Below the pieces are notes generated by a model. That model did no database searches and had not been told where the DNA came from. It saw nothing but the letters and a program-made list of their open reading frames with translations. 35,106 bases of DNA from a virus. The position numbers were made by a program, and so were the translations under genes. The stretch lies in IMG/VR virus record IMGVR_UViG_3300027909_000015. The stretch is one strand, 5' to 3'. Of this stretch, positions 1-7,133 are shown piece after piece (the first letter of the stretch is position 1; each line of letters opens with the position of its first letter).

Positions 1-127
1 CAGGGCTCGTAGCAGGCATGAGCGCCAACTGTCCAGTCTGACCTAAGGCGACAGCCAAGGGGACAGAGGCTTCGATCATGCGGTGACGCAGGCTTTCCAA
101 GTGCAGGCTATCCACGTTGACTTGGAC
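1..127. repeat. Terminal direct repeat copy A, identical to 34980-35106 (circular-closure overlap)
   Basis: Base-by-base reading shows 1-127 (cagggctcgtagcagg...cacgttgacttggac) is repeated exactly at 34980-35106. Confidence 0.95.
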
Positions 128-508
128 GTTGACCTGCTGGCCCTTGTCTCCCCATGACTCACGATCAATGAAGCCCGCCACCTTCACCCGCATCTCGGCG
201 CGGACTTTGGCTTTATTGATGGAGTCGCGGTCAGGCGGGGCTTGATCGACAATGTGGAGGGCATCATCCACCATGGCGGAGGCGCCTTCCTTGCGGGCTT
301 CGAACACCCGTTTGGAGCGTTCGTCGTCGTGGTGCAAGAGGCGGGAGAAGAAGGCACGGGAGATACAGGGGCCAGTGGGAGCGCGGAGGATGAGGCGCGA
401 GATATCGGCGACGGTTTCGCCGGAGGCAATGCGCTCGACAATGGCATCCCATCCACCCATGTCCTGAATCTGGCGCTTGACGAAGCGTTCGATGGGTTTA
501 GCGGCCAT
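1..508 (-). CDS. terS: Terminase small subunit, N-terminal part (gene wraps the circular junction)
   Basis: Minus-strand ATG at 508 opens a frame that runs off the left edge. After collapsing the 127-bp overlap it continues in frame to the TGA at 34873 (615 nt, 204 aa). It has an HTH-like N-terminus (GETVADISRLI) and the motif INKAKVRAEMRVKVAGFIDRESWGDK, which resembles the conserved small-terminase helix (..L..D.RKW...K..P.KYGDK). It lies upstream of terL. Confidence 0.7.
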   Translation of the reverse strand, partial: MAAKPIERFVKRQIQDMGGWDAIVERIASGETVADISRLILRAPTGPCISRAFFSRLLHHDDERSKRVFEARKEGASAMVDDALHIVDQAPPDRDSINKAKVRAEMRVKVAGFIDRESWGDKGQQVNVQVNVDSLHLESLRHRMIEASVPLAVALGQTGQLALMPATSP

Positions 509-710
509 CAGCCCGCCACAGCGCAGCGCCGTCCATCACGAGGGTATGCGGTTCTTCCGGGGCGATTTCGAGGAGCCAATCCGCCGCCCGATAAATCGCA
601 TTGAGCGAGGCGGGCACCGACCGCAAGGTACTAGGAATCAGTCGCTCGGGAGCGCTGGACCCCGCATAGGCATCCACCCCGCTAATGCGAGGGAGCGGCC
701 CGTAGGTCAA
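498..710 (-). CDS. Hypothetical protein (about 70 aa; may start further upstream, since the frame is open to 782 and has a CTG at 779)
   Basis: Track ORF with a TTG start. Its 3' end overlaps the terS ATG by 11 nt. The in-frame upstream codons (PLATKAQALQDLAQLRDLHDWRIA) look coding but contain only CTG candidate starts. Confidence 0.45.
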   Translation of the reverse strand: MTYGPLPRISGVDAYAGSSAPERLIPSTLRSVPASLNAIYRAADWLLEIAPEEPHTLVMDGAALWRADGR

Positions 711-810
711 GGCAATACGCCAATCGTGGAGGTCGCGGAGCTGGGCCAGGTCCTGGAGCGCCTGCGCTTTGGTGGCCAGCGGTCACACTCGGGGCGAGGG
801 TCTCCCGAAC

Positions 811-1056
811 CTACAAGATTCCTTTGGACTTCGCAAGCGTCCGCGAGATCTTCACCCCACGCGGGGCGCTTTTCCGCAATGCCTCCTTGGCCGCTTTCAA
901 GAGCTCGGCTTTCTCCTGCTGGCGCACATAGCCCTCTAAATCATGCGGGAGCGCGTCCACTCGATACACGGCCCAGCGGCGATTTTCCAGCACCGTAATC
1001 GCCTCCCCGGTTTCTAAGAGGACCGCTTCGGCGGGGGTCGGAGCCCACGGGGTCAC
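811..1056 (-). CDS. Hypothetical protein, 81 aa
   Basis: In the frame of track ORF 811-1104. GTG 1056 forms a GTGA overlap with the stop of the upstream gene (1053). Confidence 0.5.
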   Translation of the reverse strand: MTPWAPTPAEAVLLETGEAITVLENRRWAVYRVDALPHDLEGYVRQQEKAELLKAAKEALRKSAPRGVKISRTLAKSKGIL

Positions 1057-1274
1057 GTGCGTTTCGCTCGCTTCTTGAGGTTCCGTAACTTCTGGCGCTG
1101 CCACCGCGTGAGTCCGGCTTGGCGTTTCCGAACAACAGCGGGCGCTCCGTGCACCAAGCGCTCAATCGCCGCGTCGCGAATGGTCAGGGGCCACCGGCGC
1201 GACGGCTCAGCCAGTTGGCGCAGGGCGAACACGTTCATCATGGCGCTTGCCAATTCGGGCGTCAACTCGATCAA
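1053..1274 (-). CDS. Hypothetical protein, 73 aa, basic C-terminus
   Basis: C-terminal part of track ORF 1053-1580. The TTG at 1274 forms a TTGA overlap with the upstream stop. The N-terminal extension in the track is Arg/Pro-rich junk. Confidence 0.5.
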   Translation of the reverse strand: MIELTPELASAMMNVFALRQLAEPSRRWPLTIRDAAIERLVHGAPAVVRKRQAGLTRWQRQKLRNLKKRAKRT

Positions 1275-1438
1275 AACGGCCCCCGCTCCACCCGCGCCGC
1301 CATGATGATATCGCTCTCTAACCGCTTGAACACGAGGCCGTCCAGCGCGGGGCCGGGGGTCCCGAGTTGGGCGCGAATCACACACTCCGCCGCATAGGCT
1401 TCGAGACGTTGACAGGCAGCCTTCAGGGCGTCTGTCAT
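1271..1438 (-). CDS. Hypothetical protein, 55 aa
   Basis: In the frame of track ORF 1271-1492. ATG 1438 forms an ATGA overlap with the stop of 1435-1677. Confidence 0.5.
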   Translation of the reverse strand: MTDALKAACQRLEAYAAECVIRAQLGTPGPALDGLVFKRLESDIIMAARVERGPF

Positions 1439-1677
1439 TTGAGTAACTCTTCCACTTCGCGGGCCGCCTCCTCTTGGGGCGTGGGGGGCCACCCAGGGAA
1501 CGCGCCATAGTTTGCGTCAAGCAACTTCCAGTAACCGCCGTTTTGATATTGGCACGGATGTGCGTGGTGAGGTTCCTCACAGATGCGGCGACTCATTTCC
1601 TGGTACTTCCAGACGCGACCCTGATCGTCAAGCGCGTAGGGTAGGTATTTGTCCGCAGCGATTTGCACGAACTTCAT
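1435..1677 (-). CDS. Hypothetical protein, 80 aa
   Basis: Track ORF with balanced composition, chained to both neighbours by 4-nt overlaps. Confidence 0.65.
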   Translation of the reverse strand: MKFVQIAADKYLPYALDDQGRVWKYQEMSRRICEEPHHAHPCQYQNGGYWKLLDANYGAFPGWPPTPQEEAAREVEELLK

Positions 1678-1859
1678 TTGACTAGCCCCCTCGCCCCGTA
1701 CTCAGGACTCGTGAATGTCGTAGCTTTCGGGGTGACCCACTTGCCGCAGGTGCAGCGGCGCTCCTTGGGGGGATTGTCGGCCCACTCGTAGCGCTCCCCA
1801 CAGTCGCACGTCGCAATCCACAGGGTGCGCTCGACCATCTGATACGTCCGGTGCGTCAT
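1674..1859 (-). CDS. Small Cys-pair (zinc-ribbon-like) protein, 61 aa
   Basis: Track ORF with CDCG...CTCG cysteine pairs and 4-nt overlaps on both sides. Confidence 0.6.
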   Translation of the reverse strand: MTHRTYQMVERTLWIATCDCGERYEWADNPPKERRCTCGKWVTPKATTFTSPEYGARGLVK

Positions 1860-2149
1860 ATCAACCCTTTCGCTTTGAAGATGTCTCCGAGACTATTCAA
1901 CGTCTTGGCTGGGGCGCGCTTCTCTTGATTCCAGTAGGCCGACTGCGCCCACCGCCGTCCGATGCCCTCTTTCGAATACAAGCCCCGCAAATCCTTCCAC
2001 CCCAATTGCGCGGCCCCTTTGACCATCACTTCCACCTCACTCGGGCCATAGCGTTTCCACAACTGGCGCAAGATCGAGCCGTTCCGTTTGGGATCGCTCG
2101 GGAAGCGTTCCCGCACAAAGGCCATCAGTTGCCCAAAGTTCATAGGCAC
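1856..2149 (-). CDS. Hypothetical protein, 97 aa (alternative ATG start at 2143)
   Basis: Track ORF with protein-like composition (..LWKRYGPSEVEVMVKGAAQLGWKDLRGLY..). Confidence 0.65.
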   Translation of the reverse strand: MPMNFGQLMAFVRERFPSDPKRNGSILRQLWKRYGPSEVEVMVKGAAQLGWKDLRGLYSKEGIGRRWAQSAYWNQEKRAPAKTLNSLGDIFKAKGLI

Positions 2150-2430
2150 ACCAAAGCCTTTATCCCGGCAGTCCCAAGCGAAACCGGGTGTTGTACGTCA
2201 GTCGTGTTGTGCTCTCCCGAATGGCCTGCGTGGAGTTGGTGGCTCGACACGCACCCGTGGCCGACAGAATCGCGAGTTCTCGCTTGCACTAGAGCGCCAA
2301 CGATCACAGACGGGCGAGACTGCCGGGCCAGGTCGCTGGCAAGCGTTGCCTGGAATTGGAGCGCCCAGATCGTCCTCTTCTCCCGTTGGTTGGGGCGCCC
2401 GACTGCGTTACGCCCCCCGCGGACGGTCAC
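2140..2430 (-). CDS. Possible hypothetical protein, 96 aa (weak call)
   Basis: 3' part of track ORF 2140-2778. Its TGA forms an ATGA overlap with ATG 2143 of the next gene. There is no SD sequence, the GTG start is uncertain, and the region could be non-coding. Confidence 0.25.
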   Translation of the reverse strand: MTVRGGRNAVGRPNQREKRTIWALQFQATLASDLARQSRPSVIVGALVQARTRDSVGHGCVSSHQLHAGHSGEHNTTDVQHPVSLGTAGIKALVCL

Positions 2431-2444
2431 AGAACGCGGTCGGA

Positions 2445-2651
2445 CTACAGCCCTTCGAGTATGTCGGCCAATTCGCCACACGCCTCGGTCGAGAGCGCAA
2501 AAAATGGCCGCTCGGACGCGGTTTGTTGGCGAAGCCACTTGATCCAGATCATTCGGCGAACTTGGGGAGGCACATCGGGGGCGAAATGCGGGCGCCGCTT
2601 GCGTCCGGGGACGCGCAGCTTGTCCATCGTCATCGGAGCGCCACCACTCAT
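2445..2651 (-). CDS. Hypothetical protein, 68 aa
   Basis: Track ORF (..MTMDKLRVPGRKRRPHFAPDVPPQVRRMIWIKWLRQQ..). Confidence 0.5.
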   Translation of the reverse strand: MSGGAPMTMDKLRVPGRKRRPHFAPDVPPQVRRMIWIKWLRQQTASERPFFALSTEACGELADILEGL

Positions 2652-2755
2652 GAGAAAGCCCCGCTACTTGGGGTCGAATCCCGAATCGGTCGGCGCTCCC
2701 GAACCGAGACAGGAACTCCCAAAATAGACGGGGCTGCCTCTTCGTGGAACGCCAT
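2648..2755 (-). CDS. Possible 35-aa leader micro-ORF
   Basis: Hand translation from ATG 2755 gives MAFHEEAAPSILGVPVSVRERRPIRDSTPSSGAFS. Its TGA forms an ATGA overlap with the start at 2651. It lies about 30 nt downstream of the putative promoter. Confidence 0.25.
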   Translation of the reverse strand: MAFHEEAAPSILGVPVSVRERRPIRDSTPSSGAFS

Positions 2756-2791
2756 CTCGTGCTCGCTGTTCGACGCAACGCGCACCCTCGT

Positions 2792-2820
2792 ATCTTGGGT
2801 TACCGTCTTGGCTTTGTCAA
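2792..2820 (-). promoter_or_regulatory. Putative sigma70-like promoter (TTGACA-N17-CAAGAT) inside the leftward operon
   Basis: On the minus strand, TTGACA lies at 2820-2815, followed by a 17-nt spacer and CAAGAT at 2797-2792. The architecture matches the putative promoter at 4927-4899. Confidence 0.3.
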
Positions 2821-2893
2821 GTCAGGAGTGATCGGCCAGGAGCCCTTGACACACGCCTCGACGCAACGACGCATATCCTGACCGACCACCCCC

Positions 2894-3235
2894 CTAGATC
2901 ACCACGTACACGCGCATATGAGCGCGGCGCTCGTCGGTCATCCGAATCAGCGCCCGGCGCGGCGGCCTTCCCGCCGGGGCGTGGCCGCAAAGTTCCCAAC
3001 ACCTGGGACGCCCCGTATTTTCGCTAATGCCGAGCGCCTGACAGATTTCCCTGAGCGTCGCGCCCCGTGGCCCGCAGGTCACCAAATAGGCGTAGACCGC
3101 GCTCCGCAGTCGCATCGTATGCGGTGCGATATGCTGCGCCGCTGCCTCGGAGGTGTCGATAGGAACAGACGGAGCCTCTTGCTCGAACAATGTCGGGTCA
3201 CCCGGAGGCGGGGGCGCGTAATGGGTATGCCTCAT
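2894..3235 (-). CDS. Winged-helix/HTH-type DNA-binding protein (putative), 113 aa
   Basis: In the frame of track ORF 2894-3307, starting at ATG 3235. The segment LRSAVYAYLVTCGPRGATLREICQALGISENTGRPRCWEL reads like a MarR/wHTH recognition unit. Confidence 0.5.
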   Translation of the reverse strand: MRHTHYAPPPPGDPTLFEQEAPSVPIDTSEAAAQHIAPHTMRLRSAVYAYLVTCGPRGATLREICQALGISENTGRPRCWELCGHAPAGRPPRRALIRMTDERRAHMRVYVVI

Positions 3236-3369
3236 GGCTTCCCCCGCTTCAAGTACGCCACCCACGAGCCGCTGCGAATCGGGCACACCTCCGTATGCAC
3301 GATGCACCGGCCATACGTCCCGGTCTCCCCGCAGTACCGACAGGCTACCTCAGAAGGGGAGATCGTCAT
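3232..3369 (-). CDS. Zn-ribbon micro-protein, 45 aa
   Basis: Hand translation gives MTISPSEVACRYCGETGTYGRCIVHTEVCPIRSGSWVAYLKRGKP (CxxC...C..H...C). Its TGA forms an ATGA overlap with the start at 3235, and the ORF begins inside the acidic tail codons of the upstream gene. Confidence 0.45.
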   Translation of the reverse strand: MTISPSEVACRYCGETGTYGRCIVHTEVCPIRSGSWVAYLKRGKP

Positions 3370-3946
3370 CCTCGTCCTCGACGGGTTCCTCCGGCGTTGG
3401 CACGTCGCTCCCCGTCTTGGCTCGATGCGCCGTCAGCGCCGCCGCGTACTGCGTCTTGCGATCCGTCAGGAACTTGGGGCGCTCGTACTCGTTGAGTAGC
3501 GCCTCGGGCGGGTGCGGCATCTCCGTGGGTAGGGGACTAATGCTCACGATGTTCGCGAACTTCCGCCCCTTCCGCGTCAGGACGTGCTCAATGGACACGA
3601 GCGCGAACTTGCCGTGCAGCTTATCCACCGGCAACCCCGCTTCCGCCTGCTCCGGCGTGTACTTCTTGCCGCGCCAGCTCTCCAAGAACTTGCGCAAGTT
3701 CGCCTTCTCGTTGGCGGAAAGGGTCATCTCGGTCGTCACGAACGTCAGGCTCTTGTCCTCCTGCCGTTCGCCTGACGCAAAGACGAGCGCGACCTTCGCG
3801 ACTTCGCGTGGCTCCTGGCCGGGGAACTGCTCGACGTTCACCCCCAGGTTCACCACGTCCACGCACAACATGGGAAACTGTCCCTCGGCGTGGGGATTGA
3901 AATTGCCGCCTGAGTCCTTGGCGGTTACGGCGTCAGGTTTCTGCAT
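3350..3946 (-). CDS. SSB-like protein with an acidic C-terminal tip (possibly DUF669-type), 198 aa
   Basis: Track ORF whose C-terminus EDEDDDLPF mimics the canonical SSB tip (DDDIPF). The body does not read as a classical OB-fold SSB. Confidence 0.55.
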   Translation of the reverse strand: MQKPDAVTAKDSGGNFNPHAEGQFPMLCVDVVNLGVNVEQFPGQEPREVAKVALVFASGERQEDKSLTFVTTEMTLSANEKANLRKFLESWRGKKYTPEQAEAGLPVDKLHGKFALVSIEHVLTRKGRKFANIVSISPLPTEMPHPPEALLNEYERPKFLTDRKTQYAAALTAHRAKTGSDVPTPEEPVEDEDDDLPF

Positions 3947-4134
3947 TAGCGGTCCAACCTTTCATCGAGAATCATCGGGTCGCCCCAGGTCTCGCTGTGA
4001 ATGGTATCAAACGGCATCCCATCATCCTCCATTGGGCCTTGCATCTGCGCTTCGTGGCCTTCCATTTCCTTGACGTACTCGGGATCGCAGTCACACGACC
4101 AGCCCACCGAGCCCCCGCAGGTTTTGCAGATCAT
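3946..4134 (-). CDS. Acidic Cys-rich small protein, 62 aa
   Basis: MICKTCGGSVGWSCDCDPEYVKEMEGH... Its ATG forms an ATGA overlap with the upstream stop, and a TAATG junction links it to the downstream SSB-like gene. Confidence 0.55.
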   Translation of the reverse strand: MICKTCGGSVGWSCDCDPEYVKEMEGHEAQMQGPMEDDGMPFDTIHSETWGDPMILDERLDR

Positions 4135-4310
4135 CGGACCACCCCAAGTTTCGGGTTCACGACGTGCGAGCGCACTACCTGCCCCCCGTGCGGATTCTTC
4201 GCGTGCAGGTGACAGAGCACCCCGGCCCGTCTGGGGAGCTTGCAGATTTTGCCCCGGCGCGTCACCGCGAGACACCGAGCGAACCGATCGAGCGGGCGCT
4301 TGCGCTTCAC
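4131..4310 (-). CDS. Small basic Cys/His protein, 59 aa
   Basis: GTG 4310 forms a GTGA overlap with the upstream stop. The sequence RCLAVTRRGKICKLPRRAGVLCHLH resembles the short C..C..C.H fingers seen in many phage proteins. Confidence 0.5.
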   Translation of the reverse strand: MKRKRPLDRFARCLAVTRRGKICKLPRRAGVLCHLHAKNPHGGQVVRSHVVNPKLGVVR

Positions 4311-4546
4311 ACGCCCCACGGCTCGCTGTCGTTGCAGTCGTCGGGATCGCTGTCCCACGCATCGGCCTCCCAATACCTGACGGCTTCGGGGATCACGCCT
4401 TGGACGTGCAGCCGCTCCCCACAATGCCCGCACCGCTCGATGACGAGCGATTCCCAGAGCCGGAACGGGGACACCACGACTTCGAGCACCTGGGGCGCGT
4501 TGCAGCCGTGTCGGGAAGTCGTGTGCCGGGCGAGTACGGGAGTCAT
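4307..4546 (-). CDS. Hypothetical CxxC protein, 79 aa
   Basis: C-terminal part of track ORF 4307-4816, starting at ATG 4546 (MTPVLARHTTSRHGCN...ERCGHCGERLH..). Confidence 0.55.
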   Translation of the reverse strand: MTPVLARHTTSRHGCNAPQVLEVVVSPFRLWESLVIERCGHCGERLHVQGVIPEAVRYWEADAWDSDPDDCNDSEPWGV

Positions 4547-4695
4547 CGCGCCACCCGCCGCCGCTCGGGAAACTTCAAGACCCCGTGCGTCCGGGCTTCC
4601 CGTCCGATGAGCCAGAAGTAGCCCACCACCGCCCCGCCGAGACTCACGCAGGTGACGAGAATGCCGACCACGAAAGACCACCAGGACCAGTTCAT
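4543..4695 (-). CDS. Single-pass membrane micro-protein, 50 aa
   Basis: Hand translation gives MNWSWWSFVVGILVTCVSLGGAVVGYFWLIGREARTHGVLKFPERRRVAR. It has ATGA overlaps at both ends. Confidence 0.5.
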   Translation of the reverse strand: MNWSWWSFVVGILVTCVSLGGAVVGYFWLIGREARTHGVLKFPERRRVAR

Positions 4696-4892
4696 AGGCC
4701 GAGTCCCGCTTCCTTCGCGTCTTGGATTTGGAGGTCGATGGCTTCATGCTGTTGAATGGACTGCTCGGCGGCGGCCACGGCGATGCGCCGCACCCACGTC
4801 GCGAGTTTTTCGGCATCCAACCGCGCCGCCCGCTTCAAAAGCCTCGCCTGTGCCAGCGGGACGCGCAGGTGAATGGCTACGCTTGAGTTCAT
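4692..4892 (-). CDS. Ribbon-helix-helix (CopG/Arc-like) regulator, 66 aa
   Basis: MNSSVAIHLRVPLAQARLLKRAARLDAEKLATWVRRIAVAAAE shows the beta-strand plus two-helix RHH pattern. It is the first gene of the leftward operon, next to a palindrome. Confidence 0.6.
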   Translation of the reverse strand: MNSSVAIHLRVPLAQARLLKRAARLDAEKLATWVRRIAVAAAEQSIQQHEAIDLQIQDAKEAGLGL

Positions 4893-4944
4893 GGCTCCAA
4901 TTTGGGGGGTTGACAAGCGGTTGTCAATAGGCGATTCTATGCCC
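4893..4944. promoter_or_regulatory. Divergent control region with perfect palindrome TTGACAA-GCGG-TTGTCAA (4910-4927)
   Basis: This short gap separates the leftward ATG (4892) from the rightward ATGs (4939/4945). The two palindrome arms read as back-to-back TTGACA -35 boxes. Each has a weak -10 after 17 nt (CAAATT at 4904-4899 on the minus strand, GATTCT at 4933-4938 on the plus strand). Confidence 0.5.
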
Positions 4945-5235
4945 ATGACGCCCATCACTCCGCTCACCCAGCCCCCGATTGAGTCCCTACGGAACGCATT
5001 GATGATCGCGGAGACCCAGGCCGACTACTTGGCCGAGCCCGTCAGCGAAGAAATCGCCACGATGGGTCGCGCCTTCGGTGATGTGGCCCGCCTCATCCGG
5101 GATGCGCTCGGCAAATTAGGGGATGTGCATCCGGCGACAATCGCGGCGGCGCAAAAGTGGATTCGTGAAGAACGCGCGGCGCGAGATTTAGCTTCCGTGG
5201 TGACCCGTACCGCCTTGGATTGGGAGACCCGATAA
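4939..5235 (+). CDS. Hypothetical protein, 98 aa (or start at 4945)
   Basis: In the frame of track ORF 4873-5235. The upstream 22 codons overlap the control region. Confidence 0.6.
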   Translation: MPMTPITPLTQPPIESLRNALMIAETQADYLAEPVSEEIATMGRAFGDVARLIRDALGKLGDVHPATIAAAQKWIREERAARDLASVVTRTALDWETR

Positions 5236-5236
5236 C

Positions 5237-5473
5237 ATGAACGTCTTCACGCGCTTCCTCGCTTTCTTCGGGGCGATTTTCAACTGGACGCAGGGCCGCA
5301 CGATTCCCGCCCCACCGCTGCGCCACCAGTTCGGCGACGCGCCGCTGCCCAATCCTCCGGGTGGCGGACGGTCCACCAAAACGCCCCGGTCGCTCGTGAA
5401 GTTACGGCGGGAGCGGAAAGTACGGATGCGGATGCAACGCGAATCGCGCCGCCGCAATCGGGCTGCTCGATGA
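5237..5473 (+). CDS. Hypothetical protein, 78 aa, hydrophobic N-terminus and very basic C-terminus
   Basis: Track ORF. Confidence 0.55.
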   Translation: MNVFTRFLAFFGAIFNWTQGRTIPAPPLRHQFGDAPLPNPPGGGRSTKTPRSLVKLRRERKVRMRMQRESRRRNRAAR

Positions 5474-5697
5474 ACACGCCCCGCGAGCATCCGGTGGGCT
5501 GCGACTGCGCGACCTGTCTCGGAGATGGGGCCCCGCTGACGTTCGCGCCGCCCGCCGATTCGCGGAACGACGACCCGTTTTTGGTCGAGGACGAGCTGGA
5601 CGGGCTCCACTGCCCTAAATGTGGGGCGGAAAATCCGTGGAAAGGGCGTACCGAATCACAACGTCTGTGCGGCGAGTGCCGCTACGTGGAGGAGTGA
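5470..5697 (+). CDS. Zn-ribbon protein, 75 aa
   Basis: Track ORF with CDCATC ... CPKCG ... CGEC cysteine pairs. It forms an ATGA overlap with the upstream gene. Confidence 0.6.
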   Translation: MNTPREHPVGCDCATCLGDGAPLTFAPPADSRNDDPFLVEDELDGLHCPKCGAENPWKGRTESQRLCGECRYVEE

Positions 5698-5701
5698 CCC
5701 G

Positions 5702-5956
5702 ATGAGCGACGATCGGAGTTTCGAAGAACAAGTAGCCGGTGTCTTGGCGGTCATCATCTCGGAGATTTGGCGCGACAACGACGGCGGGACAGTCGGGACG
5801 CTGATGTTGGTCGAACGTCTTGCGCCCCAAGTCACCGCAGCGATTACAGCGGCGGGGCGCGTAGGGATTCGCAGCGCCGAGGAAGGCAATCGGGCGCGGG
5901 CGGCGGCATTGGATGCGCTCGGGCGTTCGTCCCCCCAAGAAGGAGCGGAAACGTGA
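5702..5956 (+). CDS. Hypothetical protein, 84 aa
   Basis: In the frame of track ORF 5621-5956, starting at ATG 5702. Confidence 0.55.
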   Translation: MSDDRSFEEQVAGVLAVIISEIWRDNDGGTVGTLMLVERLAPQVTAAITAAGRVGIRSAEEGNRARAAALDALGRSSPQEGAET

Positions 5957-6309
5957 TTGGGCACTACTTGCTGACGCTCACCGAGGAACAGGAAGATCGG
6001 GTGCTGACCCGCTCAATGCGCCCCGGGGCATATACCGACCTCGCTCCCCTTGGGCCCTGTTTGGTGGGGACGGTGGAGCGTTCCGTGACGGGGTTTGATG
6101 TCTGCACGCCGTCGCTGCGCGACTGGCCCCCCGACGAATTGGGCGATTCCGTCGAGTGCCGATACGACGGTCTGTGCAAGCGCTTCGGGGCGCCCCGTGT
6201 GAATGCTGCGATCCGCAATCGTATCCTGTCGAACCGTGCGCGCCGTGAACTCGCCCCCGCCTCCCGGAATACGCCGTTGGTCTCTCTGGGGGAGCGCCTG
6301 ACCCCGTGA
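5953..6309 (+). CDS. Hypothetical protein, 118 aa
   Basis: In the frame of track ORF 5767-6309. GTG 5953 forms a GTGA overlap. Confidence 0.55.
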   Translation: MIGHYLLTLTEEQEDRVLTRSMRPGAYTDLAPLGPCLVGTVERSVTGFDVCTPSLRDWPPDELGDSVECRYDGLCKRFGAPRVNAAIRNRILSNRARRELAPASRNTPLVSLGERLTP

Positions 6310-6566
6310 CGCCCCAGGACGTATTGCAAGCGGCTCGGCGCGAATTGGCCCAGCTCTGGGAGCGCCCCGTCGCGAAGCAGGATTGCGACTACTGCGGGCG
6401 CCCCGAGTGGCACGCGGTGGATGACAATGAGGAGCCCGTCTGCCTCCAATGCGCCAAGAACCGCGTCGAGTCGATGGCCGAGGCGGTGCGCGGGATCGGA
6501 GGCGTCGAGTACCTGGCGTGGAAAGAAAAGCGCCAAGCCGAGGGAGCGCGGTTCGCGGATGATTAG
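6306..6566 (+). CDS. Hypothetical CxxC...CxxC protein, 86 aa
   Basis: Track ORF with a GTGA overlap to the upstream gene. Confidence 0.6.
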   Translation: MTPQDVLQAARRELAQLWERPVAKQDCDYCGRPEWHAVDDNEEPVCLQCAKNRVESMAEAVRGIGGVEYLAWKEKRQAEGARFADD

Positions 6567-7023
6567 CCCGGTGAAAGTGCCGAAACCCAAACGGGCGAAG
6601 CGGAAGCCCTCCGGCCCCCACCCCCTGAAACGGAGCCGGATGAAATCCGTGAACCGGAAGCGGGGCGGCTCGGCGTTCCCGAAACAGCGCGACAAGGCGT
6701 TTTGCCGCTGGGTCGCGACGGAAAATCCGTGCATCGGAACGGGGCTCGTATTCCCGCGCCGCATCTCGCTGCACGATGCGGGCGACTATCTGCTGGGGCG
6801 CTTCGTGCATTACTGCTGGGGCGAAAACACCCCCGCACACGTCGGGAAGCATCGGGCGACCGGCGCGCCAGACCGGGGCCGTGTCGTCTGTATGTGCAAG
6901 GCGCTCCACACGTACTACGACCGCCGCCGCTCGGAATGCAATCAGGTGCTGTCCGAAGAAATCTTGCAGCGCGGGGCGTTGCGGCTCCAGGCCCTCTATG
7001 AAAGCGAGCACCCCACCCCATGA
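6559..7023 (+). CDS. NinG/DUF968-like Cys/His protein (tentative), 154 aa
   Basis: In the frame of track ORF 6421-7023, starting at ATG 6559. It has a basic N-terminus followed by FCRWV..NPCIGTG...TPAHVGKHRATGAPDRGRVVCMCKALHTYYD. This resembles the C..C...aH...G.g.K..D...PLC..CH pattern of that family. Confidence 0.4.
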   Translation: MISPVKVPKPKRAKRKPSGPHPLKRSRMKSVNRKRGGSAFPKQRDKAFCRWVATENPCIGTGLVFPRRISLHDAGDYLLGRFVHYCWGENTPAHVGKHRATGAPDRGRVVCMCKALHTYYDRRRSECNQVLSEEILQRGALRLQALYESEHPTP

Positions 7024-7133
7024 GCGTCCGTCTTGGTTTTTGGTGGCGTCTGACTCGTCCCTTCGTTTGGCGGTGGCGGCTTGGATACTGGGACTGGGAT
7101 GCGATTCGCTACGTCTGGCTGGGGCGCAAATGA
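7020..7133 (+). CDS. Trp/Arg-rich micro-protein, 37 aa
   Basis: Hand translation gives MSVRLGFWWRLTRPFVWRWRLGYWDWDAIRYVWLGRK (7 Trp and 7 Arg). ATGA overlaps at both ends fill the gap between the two flanking genes exactly. Confidence 0.4.
   Translation: MSVRLGFWWRLTRPFVWRWRLGYWDWDAIRYVWLGRK

Noticed and set aside
1-127. The 127-bp end duplication interpreted as biological direct terminal repeats (T7-like DTR).
   Set aside because: The repeat lies in the middle of the terS coding sequence, and its length equals a common assembler k-mer size. Circular-assembly overlap is the simpler explanation, though read-end analysis would be needed to exclude a DTR.
2634-2698. A tRNA-like element: an 8-bp inverted repeat GGAGCGCC...GGCGCTCC enclosing TTGGG-GTCGAAT-CCCGA (T-arm-like) and a CTCATGAG loop with CAT.
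   Set aside because: It is only 65 nt long and I could not draw a D-arm. The T-arm is separated from the would-be acceptor strand by 8 extra nt. The CAT is the start codon of the minus-strand ORF at 2651. It is more likely a coincidental or regulatory inverted repeat around a gene start.
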